Shown: positions 1-11,185, counted from the stretch's first letter. The stretch: DNA of 64,000 bases from an uncultured cyanobacterium (GCA_963744145.1 CAVUSO010000001.1:1568001-1632000); one strand, 5' to 3'. Translations and numbers: made by a program. The notes: a model not told the origin generated them from the letters alone.

Positions 1-1
1 A

Positions 2-1156
2 TATAAAGGAGTAACTATTACTCAGCAAGATCAGCAAAATTATGCGTTGTTGAATAATAGTTATTTAGTGATATCTTCTGATCAAGAAACTCTCCAATTG
101 GCGATTGATACTTTTCAAGGCACTACCGCTTCTTTAGCCAGTAAATCAGATGCGATGATGACTAAAGATGTGAATGTAAAAAATTCGATCGCGATGGTTT
201 TTATGCCTGATTATGGAGCTTTAGTTGAACATTGGATTAGTCAGGCTAAAAATGACTCGAAACTATCTGCACTCAATATGAATCAGCTCAAGTCCGTTAA
301 ATCGGTAGTAATGAACTTGGGAGTAGAGGAGCAAGGATTGCGTTTGCAAGCGATCGCGAAAGTTGACCCAGCCGGATTTAAAACTGTTTATAAACAACCC
401 AACCCTGGCAAATTATTAGGTCTATTTCCCTCCCAAACTTTTGCCCTGATCAGCGGTTCAGGAATTAACCAGATTTGGAGTAATTTACAGATCCAAAGTC
501 AAGAAAATCCCGACCTAAAACAACAAGTTAATAAAATTAAAGAAGGTCTAAAACTTGTGAATTTAGATGCGGATAAAGATGTATTTAATTGGATGAATGG
601 TGAATTTGCCCTGGGCACAATTGGGACGGATCAAGGGATGCTCAAAGCCCTCGGATTTGGAGGGTCTTTAGTGCTAGAAACTAGCGATCGCCCCACGGCA
701 ACAGCAACTTTACAAAAATTAGATAATTTCGTTAAAAATAACCCGATCAGTTCGGTTACGATCGAGCCGAGAGATATCCAAGGAGTTACCGTAACAGAAT
801 GGAAAATTCCTTTACAAGGAGCGATCTTAGGATATGGTTGGTTAAATCAAAATTCAGTTTTTTTAGCTTTTGGCGGTCCGATCGTTGATCTGATGGCTCC
901 TAAACCTAGTAATCCTCTCAATGTGAGTGATAACTTTAAAACTATTGCTGGATTTCTACCTAATCCCAATTTAGGTTATTTTTATGTAGATATGGACCAA
1001 GCTATGTCCATACTTGGTCGTCAATTCCAAGTTTCTCCTGATTTAAGTGCTGTCCTCAATTCCATTCGGGGGATCGGTCTCACCGCTAATTGGCCCGATG
1101 AAGCTACTGGTAAATTAGAGTTAGGGTTAGCTCTAAAACCTCATCAGCAAAAATAA
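2..1156 (+). CDS. DUF3352-like protein, 5' end outside window
   Basis: Frame is open from base 2 (YKGVTI...). Motifs DVFNWMNGEFAL, LGYGWL and PNPNLGYFYVDM resemble cyanobacterial DUF3352 proteins. Confidence 0.7.
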   Translation, partial: YKGVTITQQDQQNYALLNNSYLVISSDQETLQLAIDTFQGTTASLASKSDAMMTKDVNVKNSIAMVFMPDYGALVEHWISQAKNDSKLSALNMNQLKSVKSVVMNLGVEEQGLRLQAIAKVDPAGFKTVYKQPNPGKLLGLFPSQTFALISGSGINQIWSNLQIQSQENPDLKQQVNKIKEGLKLVNLDADKDVFNWMNGEFALGTIGTDQGMLKALGFGGSLVLETSDRPTATATLQKLDNFVKNNPISSVTIEPRDIQGVTVTEWKIPLQGAILGYGWLNQNSVFLAFGGPIVDLMAPKPSNPLNVSDNFKTIAGFLPNPNLGYFYVDMDQAMSILGRQFQVSPDLSAVLNSIRGIGLTANWPDEATGKLELGLALKPHQQK

Positions 1157-1172
1157 CTAACCAGTAGGGGCG

Positions 1173-1307
1173 CAATACGGTTCGTTTAAGGATATTTTGG
1201 GAGATATCGACGGAAGTTGGGCGAAGCATTCGGGCATAATATTAACAGATTTAAGCAATAAATTGTCGCCCGAATGCTTCGCCCCTACAATTAACCAAAC
1301 CGTATTG
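1173..1307. mobile_element. 135-bp MITE with ~17-bp imperfect TIRs and 10-bp target-site duplication
   Basis: Ends CAATACGGTTCGTTTAA / TTAACCAAACCGTATTG, with AGTAGGGGCG duplicated at 1163-1172 and 1308-1317. Contains an internal 17-bp inverted repeat (1219-1235/1268-1284). Confidence 0.85.
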
Positions 1308-1308
1308 A

Positions 1309-1337
1309 GTAGGGGCGCAAAAGCAATACGCCCCTAC
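1309..1337. repeat. GTAG-type REP-like palindrome (target of the MITE)
   Basis: GTAGGGGCG...CGCCCCTAC, same family as 58249-58276. Confidence 0.75.
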
Positions 1338-1399
1338 TGTGGTTGATTGTTTAAGCAATCAGAGAAAATAGTTAAGATCACCATTACCCTCAATCTAAT

Positions 1400-2317
1400 A
1401 TGACTGCGACTGTCACAACTACACCTGGATTAGCTTCCCGTTTAGTAAATGGGTTATTATCGATCAAACCCTTAGCCAATTTAGCCAGACACCAAGCGCG
1501 AACCATGATGATTAAACGCGCTGAAAAAATTGGTGTATATTGGCATGATGAAGTAAAGAAATTGCGATCGCAAGATTTAGAAGCCGAACTTAAGGCGATC
1601 CAAAATCCCCATCTCACCTATCCGGATTATTATCTTCGTTCTTTCCATGCTTATGATGATGGGAATTTAGGTTGGGAACCAGCAACGGAAGTAGAAGTTG
1701 CTGCTTATGCAGTCCATGCGGGCATTTGGCCCGAAGCTGGTGCTAAAGGTGATGGGAGACTACGCCAAACTTATCACGATGTTCTAAAATCTAAGTTGTC
1801 GATTCAGCCTCAAGATATCCTTGATTTAGCCTGTAGTGTAGGGATGAGTACCTTGGCACTGCAAAAAACTTATCCCCAAGCTAAGTTAACTGGTGTAGAT
1901 TTATCCCCTTATTTTTTAGCGATCGCCCAGTTGCGATCGCGTCAGCAGCAACTTGCGATCAATTGGATACACTCAAGCGCAGAATCAATCAATTTACCGA
2001 CAGCTTCATTTGATTTAGTATCTGCCTTTCTGCTGTTTCATGAACTACCACAATCTGCGGCAAGAGAGATTTTAACAGAAATTAGACGTTTGTTGCGTCC
2101 CAATGGTTATTTAACGATCATGGATATGAATCCTCAGTCCGAGGTGTATCGGAAAATGCCACCTTACATTTTGACATTGTTAAAAAGTACCGAACCTTAT
2201 CTCGACGAATATTTTACTTTTGATTTAGAGCAAGAATTGCCAGCTGCTGGTTTTCAAGCACCAACTATTAGTTATAATAGTCATCGTCATCGAACTATTA
2301 TTGCTCAAGTTAACTAG
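1400..2317 (+). CDS. class I SAM-dependent methyltransferase
   Basis: ILDLACSVGMST motif I, GVDLSPYFL, FDLVSAFLLFHELP. Confidence 0.85.
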   Translation: MTATVTTTPGLASRLVNGLLSIKPLANLARHQARTMMIKRAEKIGVYWHDEVKKLRSQDLEAELKAIQNPHLTYPDYYLRSFHAYDDGNLGWEPATEVEVAAYAVHAGIWPEAGAKGDGRLRQTYHDVLKSKLSIQPQDILDLACSVGMSTLALQKTYPQAKLTGVDLSPYFLAIAQLRSRQQQLAINWIHSSAESINLPTASFDLVSAFLLFHELPQSAAREILTEIRRLLRPNGYLTIMDMNPQSEVYRKMPPYILTLLKSTEPYLDEYFTFDLEQELPAAGFQAPTISYNSHRHRTIIAQVN

Positions 2318-2335
2318 ATTTCTGGCACAAGTAAC

Positions 2336-2360
2336 TAGGACAGGCAAGATGCCTGTCCTA
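2336..2360. repeat. REP-like hairpin
   Basis: TAGGACAGGCAAGATGCCTGTCCTA; the same core occurs twice more inside the adjacent element. Confidence 0.65.
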
Positions 2361-2363
2361 CAG

Positions 2364-2488
2364 TAGACCTCTTGCAAAAGTCCTTATTGATCTATTTATT
2401 GACAGGCAAGATGCCTGTCCCACTAGAAAAAATCACTTTTGTGGGACAGGCATCTTGCCTGTCCTATTTATTTTTTGCAAGAGGTCTA
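2364..2488. mobile_element. ~125-bp MITE-like element
   Basis: Perfect 16-bp inverted ends TAGACCTCTTGCAAAA / TTTTGCAAGAGGTCTA enclosing an inverted pair of GACAGGCAAGATGCCTGTCC REP units. Confidence 0.7.
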
Positions 2489-2542
2489 GTAATTGTGGTG
2501 ACATTAAATCAGCAAACATTCCTGGTTGAGCCATCAATTCCT

Positions 2543-3979
2543 CTAATCAGAAGTTAATTTTTCTAGGGCTATTTGCAAATCTTTAGTCAAATCATTAACA
2601 GCTTGACGACGACTGGATTGATACTGATCCCCACGTTCGGAAACGGAAATTGGTTCTCCCACAGTCATTTTGACCCGTTGCTTACCCAAAACAGGACGAG
2701 TGAAAGGACTACCACCTTTAATTCTAGTTAGCACATCCCATAGTAATAAACTTGTTTCTGCAAAACGTTCTGCTGTTGGTTTTTCCCGGATATGTTGACC
2801 TGTAACTGCGACAAAGCTTTCGACTAAACGCATATGCCACATCCGGAGACTAGACTCTTCTGCTATCCGATCGGCAAGTCCTCGTTCTAAGGGGGATAAG
2901 GTTTCTAAAGATTTCAAATCTTCCCGATAAATGCGCTCCCAACCTGCTTGTTCTAAACGACGACAACGATCAATAAATGTTCCTTTAGCGCCTAACCCAA
3001 AATACTCTTCTGCAACTTTTAAGGCTACATCTAATAGTAATGGTAATCTAGTTTCTAACCTGGTATTGACATCCGTTGTAATTGATGAAGCTGGTGGGAA
3101 AGATTGATGATAAAATTTAGTATAAAAATCCTCCATAATAGTTAGCAGGTGACTACCGATTTTGAGCAAACGTCGATAGAGTTCTGCTTCTCGATCGTTC
3201 ATCCCTGATGACACACTAATTGGTAAAGCTTCGGTGAGATTTTCTCGTTTTAGACCAGTTGTCATTTCTAATTCTGTTAATAACCCATCTAAGCTATTCC
3301 AAGGTGCTTCTATATACTGATATTTGATCCCGATCGGAACAATAAATACCTGTTCCGATCGCCCAGCTTTGGCTAAATCTTCCACACACCAAAATCCCAT
3401 TTGCGAAATTCCTGGCTCGATCGGACTAACTATTTCATTATGTCCATTAGTAGCACCTTCTGGAGCTGCGGCGATCGGCAACTTACCATTCACGAATAAA
3501 TCACGAGCCGATCGCAAACCTGTCCGATCTAATTTTCCTCTAATAATCGGTGTACCACCTAAATGAGAATATAGCCAACCTACCCATTTTCCAGCCCAGA
3601 GGGGAATACCTCGATCATAAATGAAATGAGCATGGAGGGGTGATGTTAAAGGAATATTGTGTTTTTTAGCAAATTTGGGCAATAAGTGCCAGATCGTATA
3701 TGCTAAACAGTAGGGATCATCAACACTAGGATGACGAAATGCTAGTAAAAAGCGGATTTTACCACTTTGAAATTGATGATAGAAATCGGCAAGAATTTCT
3801 AGGTGATCAGCGTTAATATCAGTGATCGAAGTCTGCGATCGCAACCAAAAAGGTAAACCTAATTGTACTCCCCGTAAAACTAAAGGGTGAAGCTGGGGGG
3901 GAATAAATTCTAGTGGTGGTTGAGCGTGGGTGATTAAGTATGACATAGGATCACAGGTATTTTTACTTAAAACAAACAA
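2543..3979 (-). CDS. phospholipid/glycerol acyltransferase (PlsC-like) family protein
   Basis: AFRHPSVDDP (HX4D-like) and AAPEGATNG motifs. The true start may be the MSY ATG slightly downstream. Confidence 0.8.
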   Translation of the reverse strand: MFVLSKNTCDPMSYLITHAQPPLEFIPPQLHPLVLRGVQLGLPFWLRSQTSITDINADHLEILADFYHQFQSGKIRFLLAFRHPSVDDPYCLAYTIWHLLPKFAKKHNIPLTSPLHAHFIYDRGIPLWAGKWVGWLYSHLGGTPIIRGKLDRTGLRSARDLFVNGKLPIAAAPEGATNGHNEIVSPIEPGISQMGFWCVEDLAKAGRSEQVFIVPIGIKYQYIEAPWNSLDGLLTELEMTTGLKRENLTEALPISVSSGMNDREAELYRRLLKIGSHLLTIMEDFYTKFYHQSFPPASSITTDVNTRLETRLPLLLDVALKVAEEYFGLGAKGTFIDRCRRLEQAGWERIYREDLKSLETLSPLERGLADRIAEESSLRMWHMRLVESFVAVTGQHIREKPTAERFAETSLLLWDVLTRIKGGSPFTRPVLGKQRVKMTVGEPISVSERGDQYQSSRRQAVNDLTKDLQIALEKLTSD

Positions 3980-3997
3980 AATATAACTAGCAAAATT

Positions 3998-6900
3998 TTA
4001 CTCCCATAGTGTTAATTCATTTAACCAGTTACGGACGAGAGAGACAATTTGCTCACGACGAGTTTCAAAGTTAGCAGCAATCCAGATGAAAATAATTCCC
4101 AGGGTTAAACCAATCAGCCATTTCAAGAAAGAATAGTAGGAATTTAGGATTACTAACTGATTTAGCACATTTAGTAAAAATGTGATAGTCCCAATATACA
4201 AAAAAGCCCTAGTTCTCAAAGCTAATCCGGTCAAAAGAGTAACAATACTTAAAATTCCTGAGAAAAACCAGGTTTGGGTAGATAAAGCAACGAAATCAAT
4301 TATTCCTATACCTAAGAGTCGGAGAATATGACGTACTTCTTTTTTGGTTGACTGTTGGAGATTAGGCTCAATTTGCACTAGATAAAGTAGTGTTAATGCT
4401 GGGGGAGTACAGGACCATAAATAATTAGTTAATCCCCATGTCCCCAACCAAAGCATAATTGCCCTAATTGCCCAATTAATTAAAATCGCACTAAGATAAG
4501 TTACTCGAATTTGTTGCTCAATTTTTGCCAATAAGATATAAAATGCAGCGACAATTAACAAAGTTAGAGGAGCAATAACTGTTTTGGTTTCCCAGATTAT
4601 CACTAAAGGACAGATTAAAGCACCAACCAGAAAAGGTCGCTTTGACCAACCCCAATTTTCCCAGGGTAAAAAATACATAAAATAGGCAAAAATTACAGCG
4701 ATCGCTGCACTCCAAGGTAATAAAGAGTCTGAAAACAGCAATTCTATTGGTGTACTTAACCAATAAAGTCTTAATCCAGCAATTTCTAACAATCCTAAAT
4801 AAACCCAAATTTCGGCAATACTGATTCTATCTCTTCCTCTGAAAGTAGACTGTAATCCAGATTCGGGAAGTTCTTCTAGATCCCAGTTAGCACGGTGTCC
4901 TTGAAAAATTGCATATCGAATTAAAAATATTCCAATTCCCAATCCTAAAAATTTATTCGCTCCAAGAGGATAAAAAACAGTAGACATTAATAAACAACTA
5001 CTCCAAATCCAATGCAGATGGGCAAATATTTTTAATTCCTGGGCTGAAAGTGTTAAATAATTGACTAACCAAGGAGTTAATATGCGGTAGCTATACATAA
5101 TACTAACACCCAATGCTGCCATGGCGATCAAATTATCACCGATCGATATTTCTGATATGGGGGAAAGGTGATAAAATAAAATTTCATAGGCAGAAATTGA
5201 TATCCCAATTGTGGCTAGATAAACTAAAGGTTTAAATGCTGAATTTCTCCGACCGACCCCAATTGCAATTAAAGCTAAACTTAAAGAAGTTAAACCAGTC
5301 CAATTAGTCACCATACCCCAACGTAATATAGCTCCCAATATGCCATAAACTAAGGGGATAATGTGCCAACTACGAGGAAATTCCCTCTGAGTATGACGGT
5401 GCAACCAATCTCCCATAATTTGGGTAATTAGTCCGATCGCGAAATTAGCGATCGCTAAGTTTAGTCTTGATGGATCGAAAAATCCCAAGGTTTCCGCTGT
5501 CAGTATTTCTATACTCCAACTTAAACCATAAATTAGCCAAATATTCGGTTGTCTAAATAGACGATAAGTAATGGCAATTACAGTTAAGCTACTAGCAATT
5601 AATATTGAGATCGAAGTGGGAGTAATTCTTTCATAAACAGTCCAAGAGTGGAGAGTCAAGAAAATTAATTCGCAGGTAGATATAGCGATCGCCCACTCAT
5701 TAATCGCGGTGCTATAAATAGTTGCTAATCGAGTAGAATGACGAATAATTAACCCCCAGATCAACCAGAGTACATTAATAATAATCGCGATCGCTACCAA
5801 CCATCCTACTAGAGATAATTCGGGTAATCCCGGTACTCCTTCCCACAACATGATTCCGACAAAAACTAAACCAAATCCGACGGTAATTGTAGCGGAGAAT
5901 TTCTCCTGTAAATAGCTAGTATTTGCTAACATCAAACAGGTAGCAATCCCTAAACCAATTAATCTTCCTCCAGGTATTCCCCAGGTTAATAATTGTGCCA
6001 TCGCGATCGCAATTATACTAATCCGACAGACTAATTGTCTCTGGACTACTTCGGTCCGACTAGCAACACCAATCAGAACTAAGGGTACAATTAACCATAA
6101 AATTCCCCATTCGGGACGGTTGATGAGAGGATTAAGGAGAGATTTTTGATAATTTTGGTAAAGTAACCAATAGCTTAATCCTGCTAAACCTAATCCTATA
6201 TACCAGGAACTACGACTAATGGTCGCAATAAATAAATGATTAATCGATAAGTTACTAGAGCTACTATTATTGTTTAATGCGACTATAATCCATTCTCCGA
6301 CCATAATCGTTAACCAAATTACTGCCCAAGTTGCTATATTTAGTTTTCCCATCCAGTCAATTGTACTTGCAATAGTTAGCAGAGCGATCAGATGGGTTAG
6401 GTAAATTAAAAAAGTTGGCATATTAACGGTAAAATCGCTAGAATTTTGCCGTTGATTTTCCCAATCTAAATTTCTTTTGGTGATTACTGCTGTGGTGATC
6501 GTCGAAAAACCGAGATTGAGCGATCGCAAAATTGGACTCACTAAACTAATCATTGTGAAAAAGCTACCTAATAATAAGGCAATTTTTTCGGCAAATTTAG
6601 CTAACTGATCATGTTCATGTCTATAGAGCCAATCTCTCCCCCAGAGCAGTAGAATTAAATAGGGAAATAGTGCAATACTCAAAAGTGCAAAGGGAGTTTT
6701 TTCAGTATCAGTTACAGCAGTAGAAATTGCGATCATCCATGTTTGTAGCTCAAATGGAATGAGTCTCCAACCTAACCAAATTGTCTGTAACCCAATTACG
6801 CAAATAGCTAGGAAATCAAGATGTTGCCAAAATCTAAATAAACGACTAGCAAAGACCCATAAACCTAATCCACTAATTGCGATCGCTTGTCCAGGTTCGG

Positions 6901-7981
6901 TGGAAACGGAAATTAACCATCCTAAACCTAATAATATCCCACCCATTAATTCCCAAGTCGAATTTTTTTTAGATGAATTAACCGCTCTATTTTGTTGAGA
7001 TAACCAGCACAATAACCAACCACTAATTCCGAGGGCTAATCCGAGTTGGGTGATCTGGATATGAGCGCCAAAGATTCCTCTTAATATTAATAAGATTAGG
7101 CTATAAATAATTATAGCAATCGTCTGAAAATTGTTATTTACATGGGGAGTTTTAGGGTTACGATATTGAGAGAAAATAGCGATCGCAGTTTCTAAGGTGC
7201 CGACATAAATAGCTACTAGGGGAAATAGGGATAATTGCCAACCCCAATGTAGATAACTTAACCCTAAAATATTAAATAGATTCCATCCGGAAATATTTAG
7301 TTGAAATTGGATCAGAAAAATAGTGGCACCAGTTAGAGTAATTCCAGCACCGATCGCGGTAAAATATTCTAGAGGATTATGCCATAATTGAAAACTATCT
7401 ATTGCCCAAAAATTAACTGGAATTAAACCCAGGGTAACTAGTTGTAACGTTTGAGCAGTTAAACGTAAATTCTGCTGTGGAATAGTCCAGAAACTGACAA
7501 TCCAAAAAGTTAAGGTATATCCTAATAAAACTCCATATTGCCCAACGGGAGGAAATTTCTCCCAGTGACTAACAACTAGAACTCCAGAAGATACTATCAC
7601 CATAAATACGCCTAAAAAAAGTAGCCACCGGACGCTAATTTCCGCCATCAGTGACTGCAAGCTTTTGGTGATAAAATTGCTAGGTAAGACTGGTTTAACT
7701 TGAGGATTAACTAAAACAGGATCGGTCAAAGATTCAGAAATTGATTCGGATTGGTCTTGATTAACTAAAGGATGAGGTGGAACAGATGAGCGATCGCTAG
7801 AAATTGCTACCAAATCGGGTAAAGGACTGGAAAGATATTGTTGACACAACTGTTTTACCTGAGTTTGGGAAATTAAACCCAGTTTCAACCACATATCTAA
7901 CCCTGCTAATAACTGAGATTGTTCAGAGTTGATATTTAGTGTAATGGTAATTTTGCGGTCAAAGATCGATGACATTACCAA
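3998..7981 (-). CDS. large polytopic membrane protein (DUF2157-like N-terminus)
   Basis: 1327 aa with many hydrophobic segments. N-terminal LDMWLKLGLIS and WLLFLGVFMVIVSSG pattern. Confidence 0.6.
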   Translation of the reverse strand: MVMSSIFDRKITITLNINSEQSQLLAGLDMWLKLGLISQTQVKQLCQQYLSSPLPDLVAISSDRSSVPPHPLVNQDQSESISESLTDPVLVNPQVKPVLPSNFITKSLQSLMAEISVRWLLFLGVFMVIVSSGVLVVSHWEKFPPVGQYGVLLGYTLTFWIVSFWTIPQQNLRLTAQTLQLVTLGLIPVNFWAIDSFQLWHNPLEYFTAIGAGITLTGATIFLIQFQLNISGWNLFNILGLSYLHWGWQLSLFPLVAIYVGTLETAIAIFSQYRNPKTPHVNNNFQTIAIIIYSLILLILRGIFGAHIQITQLGLALGISGWLLCWLSQQNRAVNSSKKNSTWELMGGILLGLGWLISVSTEPGQAIAISGLGLWVFASRLFRFWQHLDFLAICVIGLQTIWLGWRLIPFELQTWMIAISTAVTDTEKTPFALLSIALFPYLILLLWGRDWLYRHEHDQLAKFAEKIALLLGSFFTMISLVSPILRSLNLGFSTITTAVITKRNLDWENQRQNSSDFTVNMPTFLIYLTHLIALLTIASTIDWMGKLNIATWAVIWLTIMVGEWIIVALNNNSSSSNLSINHLFIATISRSSWYIGLGLAGLSYWLLYQNYQKSLLNPLINRPEWGILWLIVPLVLIGVASRTEVVQRQLVCRISIIAIAMAQLLTWGIPGGRLIGLGIATCLMLANTSYLQEKFSATITVGFGLVFVGIMLWEGVPGLPELSLVGWLVAIAIIINVLWLIWGLIIRHSTRLATIYSTAINEWAIAISTCELIFLTLHSWTVYERITPTSISILIASSLTVIAITYRLFRQPNIWLIYGLSWSIEILTAETLGFFDPSRLNLAIANFAIGLITQIMGDWLHRHTQREFPRSWHIIPLVYGILGAILRWGMVTNWTGLTSLSLALIAIGVGRRNSAFKPLVYLATIGISISAYEILFYHLSPISEISIGDNLIAMAALGVSIMYSYRILTPWLVNYLTLSAQELKIFAHLHWIWSSCLLMSTVFYPLGANKFLGLGIGIFLIRYAIFQGHRANWDLEELPESGLQSTFRGRDRISIAEIWVYLGLLEIAGLRLYWLSTPIELLFSDSLLPWSAAIAVIFAYFMYFLPWENWGWSKRPFLVGALICPLVIIWETKTVIAPLTLLIVAAFYILLAKIEQQIRVTYLSAILINWAIRAIMLWLGTWGLTNYLWSCTPPALTLLYLVQIEPNLQQSTKKEVRHILRLLGIGIIDFVALSTQTWFFSGILSIVTLLTGLALRTRAFLYIGTITFLLNVLNQLVILNSYYSFLKWLIGLTLGIIFIWIAANFETRREQIVSLVRNWLNELTLWE

Positions 7982-8484
7982 TGACTCTCATAGAGCGCGA
8001 TGGGGCAAATTGATCCAATTGTTTGATGATTTGCTTTTGTCTAAAATTTAGACAAGAGTGAGATTCAACCAATAATTAGACCTGCAATCAAGCAGAAGAA
8101 TTTAATTTGACTATATAAAGATATATTGCCAAAATCCTGTGCTGACAGACAGAGGACGGTAAAGCCGAATTATGTATTCATGGCAGGCAATGTGCGATCA
8201 TTTTAATATGGTGTAATATCTGCTAAGATAGGTTTGCTTTTGCTGTAGTAAATTTGGTAAACTAAATCAATAGCTTCAATCATATCTTGAGAATTTGAGA
8301 TCCCACACCATCGATCTGAGCCAGTTTGCATACTGTCCAACTGATCGACTAAGCACGAATAGATGCTACCAAGGATACATAAAATTTTATCTGGGATGAG
8401 GGGTAATACCCCCTATTATTTACTGATTTTTAGGAAAAAAAAAGACTACTTGATATTTAAAATTTAAGTTCTAGAGTCAAATAA

Positions 8485-9084
8485 ATGATGATGATCGAAA
8501 TCCTAGCCGCACTCTCCGCTTCAGCTGCCGGGGGAATGCGGATCGCCTTACCCCTACTTTTAATTGGATTATTACGAAGTGATTTATGGTCTCGTGTACC
8601 ATTGCTATCTCAGATTAACCCGCAGGTTGTGATCGGTATTTTGGTCAGTTGGTCATTATTTGAACTATTTGCTTCCAAAAAGTTATTAGGACAGCGACTG
8701 CTGCAAATTTTTCAACTGGTTTGTAGTCCAATTGTAGGGGCTGTGCTAGGAATGGCTGTAGCTAAAGCTACCCAAGTACCAAATTGGTGGATTTGGATTA
8801 TTGGAATTGTCGGTGGTTTATTAGCTTTGGTGCTGCAATTAGTGTTAGCTGGTTGGTTCTATCGCTTACGTGGATTACCGATCTGGGCAATATTTATTCA
8901 AGATTTCCTTTGTGTCATCCTGGTTTTGTTTGCTTTTGATGCGCCCAAACAAGGAGGACTAATTGCCTTACTTTTACTATGGTTAGCGATTCGGAGTTCT
9001 AAAGAGTGGTATCTCTGGTATATGCAGCAAGCGTCTAGCCGTAAACAAGGAAATCCTCGACGCTATAAACAGGACCCAGATTGA
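8485..9084 (+). CDS. DUF4126-like membrane protein
   Basis: LSASAAGGMRIALPLLLIG N-terminus, multiple TM segments. Confidence 0.65.
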   Translation: MMMIEILAALSASAAGGMRIALPLLLIGLLRSDLWSRVPLLSQINPQVVIGILVSWSLFELFASKKLLGQRLLQIFQLVCSPIVGAVLGMAVAKATQVPNWWIWIIGIVGGLLALVLQLVLAGWFYRLRGLPIWAIFIQDFLCVILVLFAFDAPKQGGLIALLLLWLAIRSSKEWYLWYMQQASSRKQGNPRRYKQDPD

Positions 9085-9120
9085 TGGGTCAATGTGCGCT
9101 GATTGGCAAAAATGGACTAC

Positions 9121-10284
9121 TTATAGCAATCCGACAAAATGCAGAGGACCGTGACCGCTAATCAACTCAATCAACAAAGCCACAAAACCAAGCATTGCTA
9201 GACGACCATTCCACACTTCCGCTGTAGTTGTCAGTCCCCATTCCCAACGCTCTTGGGGATACATCTTGACTTTTTTCTTCGGGTGCATGATCTCAGACAG
9301 CTTTAAGGCTGGAGCGGTAAGAGATTCTAACACTAAATCAGCTAAGTCTTCGATAAATACAGGATGGGTATTGAGAGCGGGTACACGATGAAAGTGGTGA
9401 ATTCCAGCTTGTTCAGCTATTTCTCGATATTCCATGTCAATTTCTTGCAAGGTTTCGATATGTTCAGAGACAAAGCTAATTGGTACGATCACTAAATCTT
9501 TAACACCTTGAGCTGCTAGTTCGATAATGGCATCTTCAGTATAAGGTTGCAGCCATTCTACTGGACCAACTCGACTTTGATAAGCTAATATATATGGGTT
9601 AGGACGATTAAGCGTCTCCATGATTTTGACGGTGCAGTCCTCTATTTCTGCTTGATAGGGGTCTCCTGCTTCTTCAACGTAGCTAATCGGTACTCCATGA
9701 GCGCTAAAGAAAATATGTACTTGGTCGGGATGTTCAAATTGTTCCAGTTCTTGGGCAATAAGCTGGGCCATTGCTTGCAGATAGCCTGAACGTTGATACC
9801 AGGAGGGAATGGCGGTATGTTCGATGGCTAGTAAATCTGGATCTTGTGCCCATAATTGTTCAAGTAGACGGAAACTCGAACCGCTGGTGCTAATCGAGAA
9901 TTGGGGATACAAGGGAAGAATAACGAGTTTTTCAATCCGATCGCGTTTAATTTTCGCGATCGCTTCTTCGGTAAAAGGATACCAATAGCGCATTCCAATA
10001 TAAATTTGCGCTTCATGTCCTTTTTGCAATAAAGCTTGTTGCAAAGCATAAGCTTGTGATTCAGTTACTTTTCGTAATGGCGAACCACCACCAATTTGGC
10101 GATAATTTTCTTGGGATTTTTTCACCCGTAGACTAGAGATGAGCCAAGCTAAGGGTTTTTGCAACCAAGGAAAGGGTAACCTAATGATTTCTGGGTCAGA
10201 AAATAGATTAAACAGAAATGGACGAACGTCCTCCAGTTGCTCCGGCCCACCTAAATTTAATAATAAAACCCCAAAACGACCCAT
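9121..10284 (-). CDS. hemH: ferrochelatase with C-terminal CAB domain
   Basis: [38 protein letters not shown], and the C-terminal [15 protein letters not shown] motif. Confidence 0.97.
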   Translation of the reverse strand: MGRFGVLLLNLGGPEQLEDVRPFLFNLFSDPEIIRLPFPWLQKPLAWLISSLRVKKSQENYRQIGGGSPLRKVTESQAYALQQALLQKGHEAQIYIGMRYWYPFTEEAIAKIKRDRIEKLVILPLYPQFSISTSGSSFRLLEQLWAQDPDLLAIEHTAIPSWYQRSGYLQAMAQLIAQELEQFEHPDQVHIFFSAHGVPISYVEEAGDPYQAEIEDCTVKIMETLNRPNPYILAYQSRVGPVEWLQPYTEDAIIELAAQGVKDLVIVPISFVSEHIETLQEIDMEYREIAEQAGIHHFHRVPALNTHPVFIEDLADLVLESLTAPALKLSEIMHPKKKVKMYPQERWEWGLTTTAEVWNGRLAMLGFVALLIELISGHGPLHFVGLL

Positions 10285-10396
10285 AGCAGTTACACATTCC
10301 GTAATTTTTTAATTTTCGTTACTGATTTTAACAATAATATTTCTCAGTTGGATCTGCAAGAGTCAAGAATACACAACTTTCCCGAGAGGTTAAACA

Positions 10397-11026
10397 TTGG
10401 CAACAATTTTAAGGGACTGGAGTTATCAATATCAATGGCTGTATGATACTATTTCCCGTCTTGCAGCACTTAGTGTTGGTGGTGAAGATCGGTTTCGTCA
10501 CCTAGCGATCAAAGATTTAGAAATTAATAGTGAAACAAAAATATTGGATCTTTGTTGTGGTAGTGGTCAAGCGACCCAGGTCTTGGTGAAATATTCTGGT
10601 GATGTGACGGGATTAGATGCTTCACCCAAGTCCTTAACCAGAGCCAAACTCAATGTTCCGGAAGCTAAATATGTGGAAGCTTTCGCTGAGAATATGCCCT
10701 TTTTAGATGAGCAGTTTGATTTGGTACATACCAGTGTAGCGATGCACGAAATGGAGTCTGAACAATTGCGACAAATTTTTCAACAGGTAAAGCGAGTGTT
10801 AAAAAAAGGGGGAGTTTTTACCTTGATTGATTTGCATCGTCCCACAAATTTCTGGTTTTGGCCAGGAATGGCCATGTTTTTGTGGCTGTTTGAGACTCAA
10901 ACCGCTTGGCAGTTAATTGATACTGATTTAGAGGAATTATTATCTCAGGTAGGTTTTGCCAAGTTTAGGAGCAGCACTTATGCTGGTGGTAGTCTTCAGG
11001 TCATTCAGGCTTTTAAAGGTTTTTGA
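10397..11026 (+). CDS. class I SAM-dependent methyltransferase (UbiE-like)
   Basis: ILDLCCGSG motif, TTG start after GAGG. Confidence 0.85.
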   Translation: MATILRDWSYQYQWLYDTISRLAALSVGGEDRFRHLAIKDLEINSETKILDLCCGSGQATQVLVKYSGDVTGLDASPKSLTRAKLNVPEAKYVEAFAENMPFLDEQFDLVHTSVAMHEMESEQLRQIFQQVKRVLKKGGVFTLIDLHRPTNFWFWPGMAMFLWLFETQTAWQLIDTDLEELLSQVGFAKFRSSTYAGGSLQVIQAFKGF

Positions 11027-11051
11027 CATTTAAACTGCATAAAAAATATTT

Positions 11052-11100
11052 TCCTGAATCTGGAAATTTTCTTTACCTGCTTTTTATTCCGGATTCAGGA
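11052..11100. terminator. intergenic inverted repeat (possible terminator or operator)
   Basis: TCCTGAATCTGGAA ... TTCCGGATTCAGGA, 14-bp arms with one mismatch. Confidence 0.45.
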
Positions 11101-11185
11101 TTTGGCATTGAGAATAAATATGGAATTGTAAGTTATATGTATCATAATTTCTAGTTTACAACCCAAACTAAGTTCAAAATTTAAC

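Noticed and set aside
2372..2557. 61-aa ORF
   Set aside because: It lies almost wholly within the MITE/REP palindromes and is likely spurious.
7982..8484. ncRNA or riboswitch in the long intergenic regions (also 33826-34328 and 51563-52102)
   Set aside because: Only short hairpins are visible and no recognisable RNA family motif; an Rfam scan would be needed.
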